59,397 bases of DNA from the IMG/VR virus record IMGVR_UViG_3300005882_000001, positions 1 to 59,397 of that record; one strand, 5' to 3'. Below the pieces are notes generated by a model. The model worked only from the letters and a program-made list of their open reading frames with translations. It made no database searches and was not told the DNA's origin. Position numbers and translations under genes: made by a program. Below are positions 51,095-59,397 of this stretch, piece by piece. Positions within the stretch are counted from its first letter, which is position 1. The number at the start of each line of letters is the position of its first letter. Source of the DNA: a virus.

Positions 51095-51687
51095 GAAAAT
51101 TTAGCCACCCTGACAATTCGATTGCCCGCCGCTTGCGCCCGGCGTGTTGCTTCCATCACGCCTGCATTGAAAATACTCATATGGTAACTCACGCTATTCG
51201 GCGAAGACCACTGGCGTTCCGGCATGGCTAAAAGCCGACCCGCCGCGCCATGGGCGATAGATTCACCATATCGCTCGTAAATCCCGTCTGGGATTTCTGT
51301 CGCATCACGCTTGGTTGTGACTGAAAATACAATTTCAATCGTTTCATCGCGCTTCAGCGCAGGGGTAATTTCTACATCCCCATCAGCGTTTACAATGAAT
51401 TTAAAATTGTTGTTCTTTGCATCAAACCCAACTTCGGAATCGCCCTGGTATTCATATTTCCGGGTGCGTACGGATTCAACGCGATTTAATCGAGTTTCAG
51501 GAGGTAGGGTTAGTATAAACGTAGAAACACCGTCACTAGCGGCAGAAAAAGTTTGGCGCTCTTTCCAGATAAAACTACGGTCGAAAAACTCCGTCAGTGC
51601 ATTTCGCAACTCGCGGAGTGAAACAATATCAGGAGCCGCCGTTGCATAATGGCGCACATCAGGTAATAGTTTTTCGATTAACGCCAT
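51088..51687 (-). CDS. Virion structural protein (putative)
   Basis: 199-aa ORF in the head-to-tail region. Confidence 0.6.
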   Translation of the reverse strand: MALIEKLLPDVRHYATAAPDIVSLRELRNALTEFFDRSFIWKERQTFSAASDGVSTFILTLPPETRLNRVESVRTRKYEYQGDSEVGFDAKNNNFKFIVNADGDVEITPALKRDETIEIVFSVTTKRDATEIPDGIYERYGESIAHGAAGRLLAMPERQWSSPNSVSYHMSIFNAGVMEATRRAQAAGNRIVRVAKFSW

Positions 51688-51693
51688 AATTCA

Positions 51694-52401
51694 TTACCCC
51701 ATCGCCTTGCTTTGCGCCACTTCGTTGTTAGGACTAACCGTTAACTGCGCTTGGGCACGTAGGCCTAAAGATTCACGAAACAACTGATAATGCCGTTGCG
51801 CTCGTGCGCTGGTTTCCGCATTTCCTGCATCTTTCATATAAGCGCGGAATAATACGTAGTCTACCACTTGGTTAGCGTAAATGTCATTAATCGTTAGATT
51901 ATCACTAACTGTGGAAATATCGGTCGGGTTTTTGGAGTAAATAACTTCCAATTTACCTGTGCCGTCGTTAGGCGGAAACACATAAAACTGGCGAGGCGAA
52001 TTGTCCTCGTAGAAATATACACTGACTTCTGACAAGTCTTTGTTGGTATAGATTTCATCGGTTGCATCATGCCAGTTTGGATACTCAGCAATAAACGCGT
52101 CGAGGTCTGACGCATAAACGGAACGACCGGGTAAGTCATTAGTTACGCCTTTGTTCATGTTGCGGATACATTTAATCAAAGAAATGCTTCCCGCCGGGAG
52201 TGTTTGCAAACTACCAGCAACGAGGTTAAGTACCTCGGTCGCTGGGTTTGCCGATGGCTTCGCCACAACAATTTCGCGCTGGGCATCGTTAATCCATTGG
52301 ATTAATTCCGAATCCTTCCAGCGTACACCACCGCCCACGGGGTTCGTGTCCTGCAAAATAGTGCGGGCACGGTCGATGATATATTGAACTGAAATTGACA
52401 T
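51694..52401 (-). CDS. Virion structural protein (putative head-tail adaptor region)
   Basis: 235-aa ORF downstream of the capsid gene. Confidence 0.6.
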   Translation of the reverse strand: MSISVQYIIDRARTILQDTNPVGGGVRWKDSELIQWINDAQREIVVAKPSANPATEVLNLVAGSLQTLPAGSISLIKCIRNMNKGVTNDLPGRSVYASDLDAFIAEYPNWHDATDEIYTNKDLSEVSVYFYEDNSPRQFYVFPPNDGTGKLEVIYSKNPTDISTVSDNLTINDIYANQVVDYVLFRAYMKDAGNAETSARAQRHYQLFRESLGLRAQAQLTVSPNNEVAQSKAMG

Positions 52402-52414
52402 GGCTTAGCCCTCG

Positions 52415-52612
52415 TTATTTTTTATCTTCTTTTTTCTCGTCATTCTTAGGTGCTTTACCACCTTTGGTGACGATATCAAGACCATTGCATGCGTTCACTT
52501 CTTCGAACAAAGTGTCTGGGATTTCTCGTTCCTCGCCAGCTTTAACAAGGCACGAATAGCCACGCATACTAACAACGCGTATATCTTTTTGGGTTGGGTT
52601 TTTGACTTTCAT
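52415..52612 (-). CDS. Small protein downstream of the capsid gene
   Basis: 65 aa with a K/E-rich tail. Confidence 0.55.
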   Translation of the reverse strand: MKVKNPTQKDIRVVSMRGYSCLVKAGEEREIPDTLFEEVNACNGLDIVTKGGKAPKNDEKKEDKK

Positions 52613-52682
52613 AATGAGTCCTCAATTAATCGGAAAAAGAAAAGGTATCGGCGTCCTGCCTTACCCCCTCCACCACCAATCG

Positions 52683-53813
52683 TTAAAGTGCAGCGTCGAT
52701 TGCTACTACACCAAAGTCTTGTGCGTCACCGCTTACGTGAGACTGGAATACTGGCTTACGGAAGCCAAGCATTTTACCAATCGAAATACCGATTTGGTTT
52801 TTGTAGTCGAAGTCTTCTTCGTCCCAATAACCTGCACCGATATCTGCCATGGCCAGTGCTTGCGCACCACACATCAACACGCGTTGACCGTCGGTCTCGC
52901 CGTTGGCACCCCACTTGCTACCCGGAGTAGTACCACCATCCGGAGAACCGGCCGCGCCAGTAGTGTTGTAAACGTGACGGAAACTATGGACCCAAGCGCC
53001 ATCGATTTGGAAGCTTTCGCCACCAGCAAACAACGGGTTTGAGCTACCTCGAACACCAGCGTTACGAACGTTCGCCAAGAAGTCTGGGTCAAGTTTCAGT
53101 TGTGCCATACCTTTTGGAGTAACGAAGAAATGGTAAACTTCAGAGTTACCTTTCATCTTCACGCCGCGGATATAGTTATCACGACCGAAAGCCTGAGCCA
53201 TAACCAAGTGCTTGTAGCCAAACTTGTCCGTAGCGGTCAACTGAGTGTTGTCACCATCCTCGGCTAAATCTGTACCTGCTACACGCAAGTGACGGCGGCT
53301 GGTCGGCGCACTAACTTCAGAAGCAAATTCAAGCGAACTGAAGGTTGTACCGGCGCGAGCGCCACCGTTGTTTTTCTGGGTGTAAGCAACACCTGAAAGG
53401 GTTAAGAATGCAAGCTGGTCAACACGGTCACCTAACCAATAACCGAGAACATCTTTCGAAGTTTCACGGAAATTGACAATCGACTTTTGGTCAGCAACAC
53501 GACCGGTAGTACGGTTCGCGTTACGCAATTGGTCGATTTCGATGACTTGGTCGAACGCTTTGATTGCCTCTTCGTTGCCTTCCAAGTCGTTGTCACCTGC
53601 AACACCATCACTCTCAAGGTCCGGTACTAAGGTATACACCGCTCGGGTTCCGCGTTCAGAAGCAGTTAGTTCGGTAATGCGATGAATCATCGCGTTATGT
53701 GAAGAACCCATAAAGTTCGTCACGAAAGATGAGTTACGTGCGACATTCCAGACCTGACGAGCCCAAACTGTTTTTTGCTCGGTAGTCAGAGCCGCAAAGT
53801 TAGTCTTTGCCAT
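52683..53813 (-). CDS. Major capsid protein (HK97 fold; the N-terminus resembles the N4 gp56-type family as I recall it)
   Basis: The product starts MAKTNFAALTTEQKTVWARQVWNVARNSSFVTNFMGSSHNAMIHRITELT...DLESDGVAGDNDLEGNEEAI...IDQLRNANR. It lies after the scaffold gene and has its own promoter-like element. Confidence 0.8.
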   Translation of the reverse strand: MAKTNFAALTTEQKTVWARQVWNVARNSSFVTNFMGSSHNAMIHRITELTASERGTRAVYTLVPDLESDGVAGDNDLEGNEEAIKAFDQVIEIDQLRNANRTTGRVADQKSIVNFRETSKDVLGYWLGDRVDQLAFLTLSGVAYTQKNNGGARAGTTFSSLEFASEVSAPTSRRHLRVAGTDLAEDGDNTQLTATDKFGYKHLVMAQAFGRDNYIRGVKMKGNSEVYHFFVTPKGMAQLKLDPDFLANVRNAGVRGSSNPLFAGGESFQIDGAWVHSFRHVYNTTGAAGSPDGGTTPGSKWGANGETDGQRVLMCGAQALAMADIGAGYWDEEDFDYKNQIGISIGKMLGFRKPVFQSHVSGDAQDFGVVAIDAAL

Positions 53814-53987
53814 GAGATTTTTCCTCTCTCAAAATGAATAGTGTTTGTGTTTGGCCCGTTTCGTGGGGTAGACGCAGACATGGCTATTGTTTTATTTCGC
53901 TCCATGTACGAAACAATTCTTTTTGTTGCCATTAACCGTTGGCAGGGACGTATGACATGGATTGAGCATCCAAGGGGCTTTAACAAC

Positions 53988-54015
53988 AGAATAGCGTTTG
54001 TTATTTTTCTGTCAA
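53988..54015 (-). promoter_or_regulatory. Candidate sigma70-like promoter for the capsid gene
   Basis: The minus strand reads TTGACA, a 16-nt spacer, then TATTCT. It lies about 170 nt upstream of the capsid ATG. Confidence 0.45.
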
Positions 54016-54038
54016 GCAATTTGTTAATAAACCATGCG

Positions 54039-54061
54039 AAAAAAGCCCGAATCCTTCGGGC
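54039..54061 (-). terminator. Rho-independent terminator after the scaffold gene
   Basis: The minus strand reads GCCCGAA GGA TTCGGGC TTTTTT and begins 20 nt after the scaffold stop. Confidence 0.85.
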
Positions 54062-54080
54062 AACCAGGGGACTGGTATTT

Positions 54081-55172
54081 TTACACAATATCGCCGCGCG
54101 CACGGGCTAAATCTTCCGGTGATAACTTCGCAAATTCTTCATCCGGTAGCTCTGCCACTGGAGTAAACTCACGTTCAGTTGTCGCCCGGCCTTTGTTAAT
54201 CGGCGGTTGCTTCGAAGCCGCATCAATTTTTTCTTTGATGCTGGTTTTTGACGCCGGCGGTTTAGCTGGCTCTTGCGTCTGCGTCGCCTGCGTTGATGGC
54301 TTCACGCCATAGCCGCGAAGAATAACTGTTGCCGCTTTGTCGAGCGCTTCCGCGTAAGAGTACCGACCAGTAGCAATATAACCATCACGCGCTTCGATAA
54401 CTTCATCGAAAATATCTGGGTTAAATACGTCTTTGTTAGAAATATCTAACACCGGGTATTCTTTAGTTAATCGCTCTGCGGTTTGTTGCAGTTCGAGTTC
54501 CGCCTGCTGCTGTTTCGACTGCGTACTTACGTTTTCGACTGCTTTGACTGAGGCGGTTTCCGCTGCGGCAATCCGCGCATCAGCAATGGCTTTCGCCATA
54601 ACTTTAGCGGCTTTAGCCGGGTCCCCACCATCGAGCAATTCATCAAAGGTATCTTTTAATGTCGCCTCAAGCTCGGCGTCAATTTCTTCCGGATTTTTGC
54701 CTTGCGGCTGTTGCTTCGGTTCTTGTTTCGGTTGCTGGTCTTGTTGCTGCATCTGACGACGGAGCATTTCGAGCTGCGCTTGCATGTCGCGGTTAATCCG
54801 CTCTTGTTCTTTGCGGCGCTCAATCTCTTTGTTCAGCCGACCGACCGGAATCTTCGTGACGTTTTCGAGCGGGTCTTCTTCAGTCTCGTCGTCATCCGTC
54901 GCTTTAACATCTGACTCGGGTTCTTCTTCCTCGTCAGCCGTTTGCTCGGTCTTCTTGCTCTTCTCGCTTTCTACTTTTTCCTTCGGCGGTGCCTCCGGTT
55001 CTTCCGGTTCTTCTGTATCCAGTTCTTCCGGTGTCTCGTCGACAATTTCGTCGCCCTTGTCGAGCGTTGAAAAATCAATGTCGTCATCCTCGAACCCTTC
55101 GCCGAACGTATCACGTTCGATTTCTACGGTATCGAGGTCTTCGGTTTTTGGTGCTGGAGTTTTTTTACTCAT
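54081..55172 (-). CDS. Scaffolding protein
   Basis: 363 aa, highly acidic at the N-terminus (EELDTEEPEEPE...) with a Q/E/K-rich coiled coil. It lies between portal and capsid. Confidence 0.7.
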   Translation of the reverse strand: MSKKTPAPKTEDLDTVEIERDTFGEGFEDDDIDFSTLDKGDEIVDETPEELDTEEPEEPEAPPKEKVESEKSKKTEQTADEEEEPESDVKATDDDETEEDPLENVTKIPVGRLNKEIERRKEQERINRDMQAQLEMLRRQMQQQDQQPKQEPKQQPQGKNPEEIDAELEATLKDTFDELLDGGDPAKAAKVMAKAIADARIAAAETASVKAVENVSTQSKQQQAELELQQTAERLTKEYPVLDISNKDVFNPDIFDEVIEARDGYIATGRYSYAEALDKAATVILRGYGVKPSTQATQTQEPAKPPASKTSIKEKIDAASKQPPINKGRATTEREFTPVAELPDEEFAKLSPEDLARARGDIV

Positions 55173-57366
55173 TGCTCGTTCCTTTCTTTGCTGGTGGAGT
55201 TATTTGTTTTTCCGCAATGCGACTCAGCGCGCGGAATTCTTCGAGGTAATTTGTATGCGCATACTTCATGGCTTCAGACGCCATACGTCCGTCTTGTGCC
55301 ATCTGTTGTTTTTCTTTAGTCGTTTGGCTCGACATCTGTGACATCTGCAAACGGGCCGCTAAGCCTTCACGTTGCAATTGACGTTTCTGCTCGAATTCAA
55401 GCATTGATTTGTTCACGCCGCCTTCGCCAAGGTCAGCCACTTTAGCCATATTCAACATGGACTCTGACTGTAACTTGCGTACTTTCTCTTGCATCTCTGC
55501 AAGTTCAAGCTGAGCACGGGCCATAAGCATTTCGCGCTCAACTTGTGCCATTTGTTGCTCTTCTGGGCTAGGCTCACTGAAGCCTTCCATTTGTTTAAGT
55601 ACCGCCGACAAGTTTTCTTTGTCTTTTAAGTGTGAGTATTTCACCATTAAATAGGACGGAATCGGAACGCCGGCGGCGCGCAGCGAAGCGGCTTCGCCTA
55701 ACTGCATTTCATCAAAGGTATCGCGCGCTGGGCTAGATGAAATAACTACGTCGTATTCGCCAACGTTAACGTCGTTGATTATTTTATAAACGCCGTCAGC
55801 ATGAATCTGTTGGTTAATAATCATCTCTTCTTGCGGCTCACCTGGCTCAGTGTAATCGGTAATAAAGAACACACGCTCTTCGGTGTAAAAATCCTGCACC
55901 AGTTCGAGAATCTTTTCACCCAGCGCTTGGCGAGCGAGTTCAAGCGATGCAAACGGCACTTGCAGTTGCACCTGGCCGCGTGCTTGTTTTTGTTCAAGCG
56001 CAACACCCGACACGTACGCTGGACCTTCGCCGAGCATCGCTTCGTTAATACTCGAAATACTGCGGATATCCATCTGGCCTTTTTCGCTCAGACGGTCAAG
56101 GCCAGTTGGTACTGGGTTCGGTTTAATTTTCTGTGGCGCGAACGTAGTGCCTGGGTTAATCGACAAAACCACACCGGTTTTTGCGCCGACCTGAGCGAGC
56201 TCGTCGGTGGTCATATTGGCCAATGAGCCTTCTTCCAAAATCCAGCCGGAGTTGGCTGTGGTATTAATAATGTGCAACTCTTGTGAACGCGTTTTGTTGA
56301 AGAACTCTTGCGGGTCGAGTAGGTTGCGTACCATGCCAAACGGTTGACCGCGGCGGAAATATGGGAAATATGGGATGATGGTAAAGCTACGGTAAATAGA
56401 CCAGTCGTCGTGTAGCACTACATCAAGCGCGGTAACTGTCCAACGTACTCGTTTTACTCGACGTGAAATGACCGTGATGTTTTCATTACCCGGCATCTTT
56501 AAGAATTCTTCCATCTGCTCGTCTGTAGTATCATCAGGGACCGGGATTGATTCGCCAGTTATTTGGTCGATATAAAACTTACGGTTAGTTAATACCCGAT
56601 GCTGGCGCTCGATAACCCGCACGTTGCGGATGGTTTTTTTGCCTTCGTCAACGTCGTCTGTTCCTGGCATTTGGACTTCAGGCGTATCGCCAAAGGTATT
56701 GGACTTCAGGTCGATGAACTCTTGCCCGAAGCCGGAGCTATGTTCGCTAGACACAAAACTACGAATCTCGTCGGCTTTATCTTTGCCATACATTTGTTCG
56801 ATTTCATCCATGGTCATCCAGTTGATGGTAAAGACCTGGTTCCAATGTTTAGTATTTCGGGATTTCGCATCTGGGTCGGGGATTACTGTCAACGGGTCAA
56901 CCGAGGTTATGCGTACTTCGCCAAGCGGGTTTTCATCAAAATCAATCCGCACGTCATAATAGCCGCGGTCTTGAATCAGACCATCGGCATAAACTTCTGG
57001 TTCTATTTCTTTAGCGAAGCGGTTCTCGTCCAGAATGTGGTCAACGAGTTTGGTGAGAATTTCTGCTGACTGCGAGGTGGCACTGCCGCGTTTTGGTTTA
57101 AAACGAATATCCGCTCTCCGCGCGACCTGTTCGCCAAGGGCAATGTTTACGGTCGGGAGAATCTGGTTAATGGTAAGTGCCGGGCGTTGTTCTTCTTCTA
57201 GTACTGCTTTGTCTTCCGGCGACCACTGCTCACCGCAGTAAAAACGGTCACATTTTTGGGCGATTTTGATATAGTTCTCATGGCGGTTTTTATACGCCCG
57301 GCGAAACTGCGCGTTCTGCTGTTGCGCAACTCGTGTTTTGTCTTGTGTATTTTCCGTTTCCGCCAT
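55165..57366 (-). CDS. Portal protein
   Basis: 733 aa, immediately downstream of TerL and upstream of the scaffold. Size and position are typical of a portal. Confidence 0.8.
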   Translation of the reverse strand: MAETENTQDKTRVAQQQNAQFRRAYKNRHENYIKIAQKCDRFYCGEQWSPEDKAVLEEEQRPALTINQILPTVNIALGEQVARRADIRFKPKRGSATSQSAEILTKLVDHILDENRFAKEIEPEVYADGLIQDRGYYDVRIDFDENPLGEVRITSVDPLTVIPDPDAKSRNTKHWNQVFTINWMTMDEIEQMYGKDKADEIRSFVSSEHSSGFGQEFIDLKSNTFGDTPEVQMPGTDDVDEGKKTIRNVRVIERQHRVLTNRKFYIDQITGESIPVPDDTTDEQMEEFLKMPGNENITVISRRVKRVRWTVTALDVVLHDDWSIYRSFTIIPYFPYFRRGQPFGMVRNLLDPQEFFNKTRSQELHIINTTANSGWILEEGSLANMTTDELAQVGAKTGVVLSINPGTTFAPQKIKPNPVPTGLDRLSEKGQMDIRSISSINEAMLGEGPAYVSGVALEQKQARGQVQLQVPFASLELARQALGEKILELVQDFYTEERVFFITDYTEPGEPQEEMIINQQIHADGVYKIINDVNVGEYDVVISSSPARDTFDEMQLGEAASLRAAGVPIPSYLMVKYSHLKDKENLSAVLKQMEGFSEPSPEEQQMAQVEREMLMARAQLELAEMQEKVRKLQSESMLNMAKVADLGEGGVNKSMLEFEQKRQLQREGLAARLQMSQMSSQTTKEKQQMAQDGRMASEAMKYAHTNYLEEFRALSRIAEKQITPPAKKGTSNE

Positions 57367-57394
57367 GGTCTTTATCTCTCACGCCTGATTAGTG

Positions 57395-59188
57395 TTACGC
57401 GGTCATATGCCCGCGTTTATGTTTACCATTTTTTACATGCTGTTTCAATTTGTCCCGCCAAGATTTTTTCGGCTTCGGCTTCGGCTCAACAACCGAAGCG
57501 AAGCGGTCAAGCATCTGGAAGCACCACGCCAGTGAATCCACCTGGTCATCGTGTGTACCGGCTGGAAAACGTAGCATTTCACTTTTAAGTGAAGTCGCCC
57601 ATTCTGAGCCAGTCGGCAACAGCACCATGCCCTGCTGTAAGCGCGCCTGCAACGGACGGGCGCGAGCGATTTTGTCGCGTTTGCCTGTTTTGAGTCGCTC
57701 GACACTGAAGAATGTTCGAGTTTCCCGCATGCGCTTATTAAGTATCGGCCCAAGGCTCATTTCAATCTGCCCGGCCTCGCCGCCAACTAGCCTCGGTTTC
57801 CAGATACGAGCAATGCGCAACATCTCTTCAACAATTTCAAACGAATCCCAACGTCCGGCGGTTACGTCTAGTATATACGCAACGCCATTTTGCGCAACGC
57901 CAATTGTGGTGCCTACGCTAAAGTCGTTGGTTTCGTTCTGCCCAATCGCAAAATCCCACGCCTGATAGATGGCAAGGGACTCCAGCGGGGGGAGCTCCTG
58001 CTGTGTATAATATTTAAACCACGCTTGGCGAAAGTACGCGCCTTCGTCGGGCACTGGGTTCTGCTGATAAAGCGCCGCCCAATCACGTTCACCAATAGCG
58101 GCGCGTATTTTCTGCAACGCCTCAATCGGATATCGGTCACTGTGAAGTGCCCCCCCTTTCTTACGGAATTTTTCATCCATCTCGGCGACCGCTGGATATT
58201 TTATCACTTCCCATTTATCCGCGCCGCCTTTCTCTTGTTCCAATAACCAACCGGCTAAGTCATCATCGTGCCAGCGGGTCATAATCACCAGCACCCCGCC
58301 ACCCGGCGCAAGACGGGTGTAGAGTGTCGAAGTGTACCAGTCTTTTATTTTTTGGCGCGTGGTCGGAGACTCTGCTTCTTCGCGGTTTTTTACCGGGTCG
58401 TCGATAATAGCAATGTGAGCGCCGCGGCCCATAATTGCCCCCCCAACGCCAGCAGCTACGTAGCCTCCGGCAGCCGACGTGTTCCAACGTTCAGCGGATT
58501 GCGATGATTTATCGAGGCCGACGCCGAACATTAGATTGTAAGATTCATCCTGAATTAACCCCCGCACTTTACGCGAGAAGTCCAACGCGAGTTCTTGCGA
58601 ATAACTGGTGGCAATAATTTCGTGCTTCGGATTATGGCCCAGGTGCCAGGCTGGAAATGTTTTCGATGCAATCTCTGACTTACCCGAACGTGGTGGTAAG
58701 AATAACATTAACCGTGGCGACTTCCCTTCTACTACTTCCTGTGAAAACACCTCAAGCCGTCGGCATATATCTTTGTGCACCCAACCAGGTAAATAGCTGT
58801 CGTTGAAATACTGCACAAACGGTAACAAGTGCCGGCGGCTTAACTCTCTTCGTGCCAGCTCTTTACGAGCGGCTTGAGCTATTTTACTAGAACCACTACC
58901 CTGACTACCCTGACTTTTTATTTCTTTCTCTTTTGTTTTCGTTTTTATTTGTTCAGGTTCAGGTTCGGTTAAACTACGAATTTGGTCACGCTGATGCTGT
59001 GTGACTTGTGAAGAGGGTTGGTTGTTTTTGCCAAGTACCCCGGGATATTGCACTACGCTACGGCCAGGGTGGGATGTTTTTTCTGCTGCACATGTCGTGC
59101 AATACTCATCCCCTGGCGAGAACAATGTTATGGGTAGAGTGCGACTGCACACCGTACATTGTTTGTGGCTTATATTAGTCTTCGTCAT
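57395..59188 (-). CDS. terL: Terminase large subunit
   Basis: The Walker A-like segment is LFLPPRSGKSEIAS and the Walker B-like segment is HIAIIDDP. A C-terminal nuclease region (YQAWDFAIG...THDDQVDS) is present. GAGGAA lies before the ATG at 59188; the track start at 59203 is TTG. The N-terminal extension carries CTVC...CTTC. Confidence 0.9.
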   Translation of the reverse strand: MTKTNISHKQCTVCSRTLPITLFSPGDEYCTTCAAEKTSHPGRSVVQYPGVLGKNNQPSSQVTQHQRDQIRSLTEPEPEQIKTKTKEKEIKSQGSQGSGSSKIAQAARKELARRELSRRHLLPFVQYFNDSYLPGWVHKDICRRLEVFSQEVVEGKSPRLMLFLPPRSGKSEIASKTFPAWHLGHNPKHEIIATSYSQELALDFSRKVRGLIQDESYNLMFGVGLDKSSQSAERWNTSAAGGYVAAGVGGAIMGRGAHIAIIDDPVKNREEAESPTTRQKIKDWYTSTLYTRLAPGGGVLVIMTRWHDDDLAGWLLEQEKGGADKWEVIKYPAVAEMDEKFRKKGGALHSDRYPIEALQKIRAAIGERDWAALYQQNPVPDEGAYFRQAWFKYYTQQELPPLESLAIYQAWDFAIGQNETNDFSVGTTIGVAQNGVAYILDVTAGRWDSFEIVEEMLRIARIWKPRLVGGEAGQIEMSLGPILNKRMRETRTFFSVERLKTGKRDKIARARPLQARLQQGMVLLPTGSEWATSLKSEMLRFPAGTHDDQVDSLAWCFQMLDRFASVVEPKPKPKKSWRDKLKQHVKNGKHKRGHMTA

Positions 59189-59397
59189 TAATGACTTCCT
59201 CAAACTCAGCGTCTAATGCTTCGCTTTCAGCAAGGCGCAAAAGCTCTTCTGTTGGGAGCGACCGGATTTGTGATTCACTTGAGACTTTCACCTCACGTTT
59301 TTCTGGTGCTGCAATACCGTGAAGTTTTACCAAAGAATCAATGGCTTTGATTTCTTCCGTTGCGTCTTTGGCTTTGGCATGTGCCTCCATATATAAC
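59175..59397 (-). CDS. terS: Terminase small subunit, 3' portion (continuation of the gene that starts at 380)
   Basis: It is in frame across the circular junction and ends ...LRLAESEALDAEFEEVINDED with a stop at 59175-59177. It overlaps the TerL start by 14 nt. Confidence 0.75.
   Translation of the reverse strand, partial: LYMEAHAKAKDATEEIKAIDSLVKLHGIAAPEKREVKVSSESQIRSLPTEELLRLAESEALDAEFEEVINDED
59299..59397. repeat. Terminal overlap, second copy (identical to 1-99)
   Basis: Direct comparison of the two ends. Confidence 0.95.

Noticed and set aside
52613-52682. Terminator downstream of the capsid gene (minus strand, ...GGTAAGGCAGGACGCCGATACCTTTTCTTTTT)
   Set aside because: Only a 4-bp clamp plus a weak inner stem could be drawn. 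That is too weak to call without folding energies.
1-59397. tRNA or tmRNA genes
   Set aside because: A scan by eye for T-loop-like GGTTCGAATCC variants with flanking acceptor complementarity found nothing convincing. Only a dedicated tool (tRNAscan-SE or ARAGORN) can exclude them.

Overview
This window looks like a complete genome of a tailed dsDNA phage. Bases 1-99 are identical to 59299-59397, so the unique length is about 59.3 kb, and the small-terminase gene reads across the junction. There are two arms. The plus strand from about 0.8 to 32.0 kb carries early, host-takeover and replication genes: a MoxR-like ATPase with a VWA partner, an XRE HTH protein, a family-A DNA polymerase, an AEP-primase/SF3-helicase fusion, a Cas4-like nuclease, an SNF2 helicase, a VRR-NUC-like nuclease and a DEDDh exonuclease. 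The minus strand from about 32.0 to 59.4 kb carries lysis genes (holin, overlapping spanins, M15 endolysin), tail fibres, a 2513-aa virion protein, capsid, scaffold, portal, TerL and TerS. I saw no tail tube, sheath or tape-measure gene, so the virion is probably podovirus-like. I also saw no phage RNA polymerase, tRNA or integrase. Four things stand out. (1) An 8.3-kb head-to-tail array (3960-12245) holds about 27 small paralogous genes of 62-101 aa from a family I do not recognise, with three conserved sequence blocks and spatially clustered subfamilies; in two subfamilies the conserved C-terminal codons also supply the ribosome-binding site, and in one of them also the start codon, of the next gene. 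(2) A class-1 intein is inserted in motif B of the DNA polymerase, and its HNH homing endonuclease is encoded out of frame (+1) inside it while the polymerase frame stays open. (3) The 2513-aa protein has the look of a polyvalent virion protein, with an HExxH metallopeptidase motif, a DprA/SLOG-like domain, a CBM5/12-like motif and 29-aa tandem repeats. (4) There are small CsrA-like and RNAP alpha-CTD-like proteins. All calls rest on reading motifs by eye in the sequence and the supplied ORF track. No database search was run, so family names are hypotheses to confirm with HMM or structure searches.
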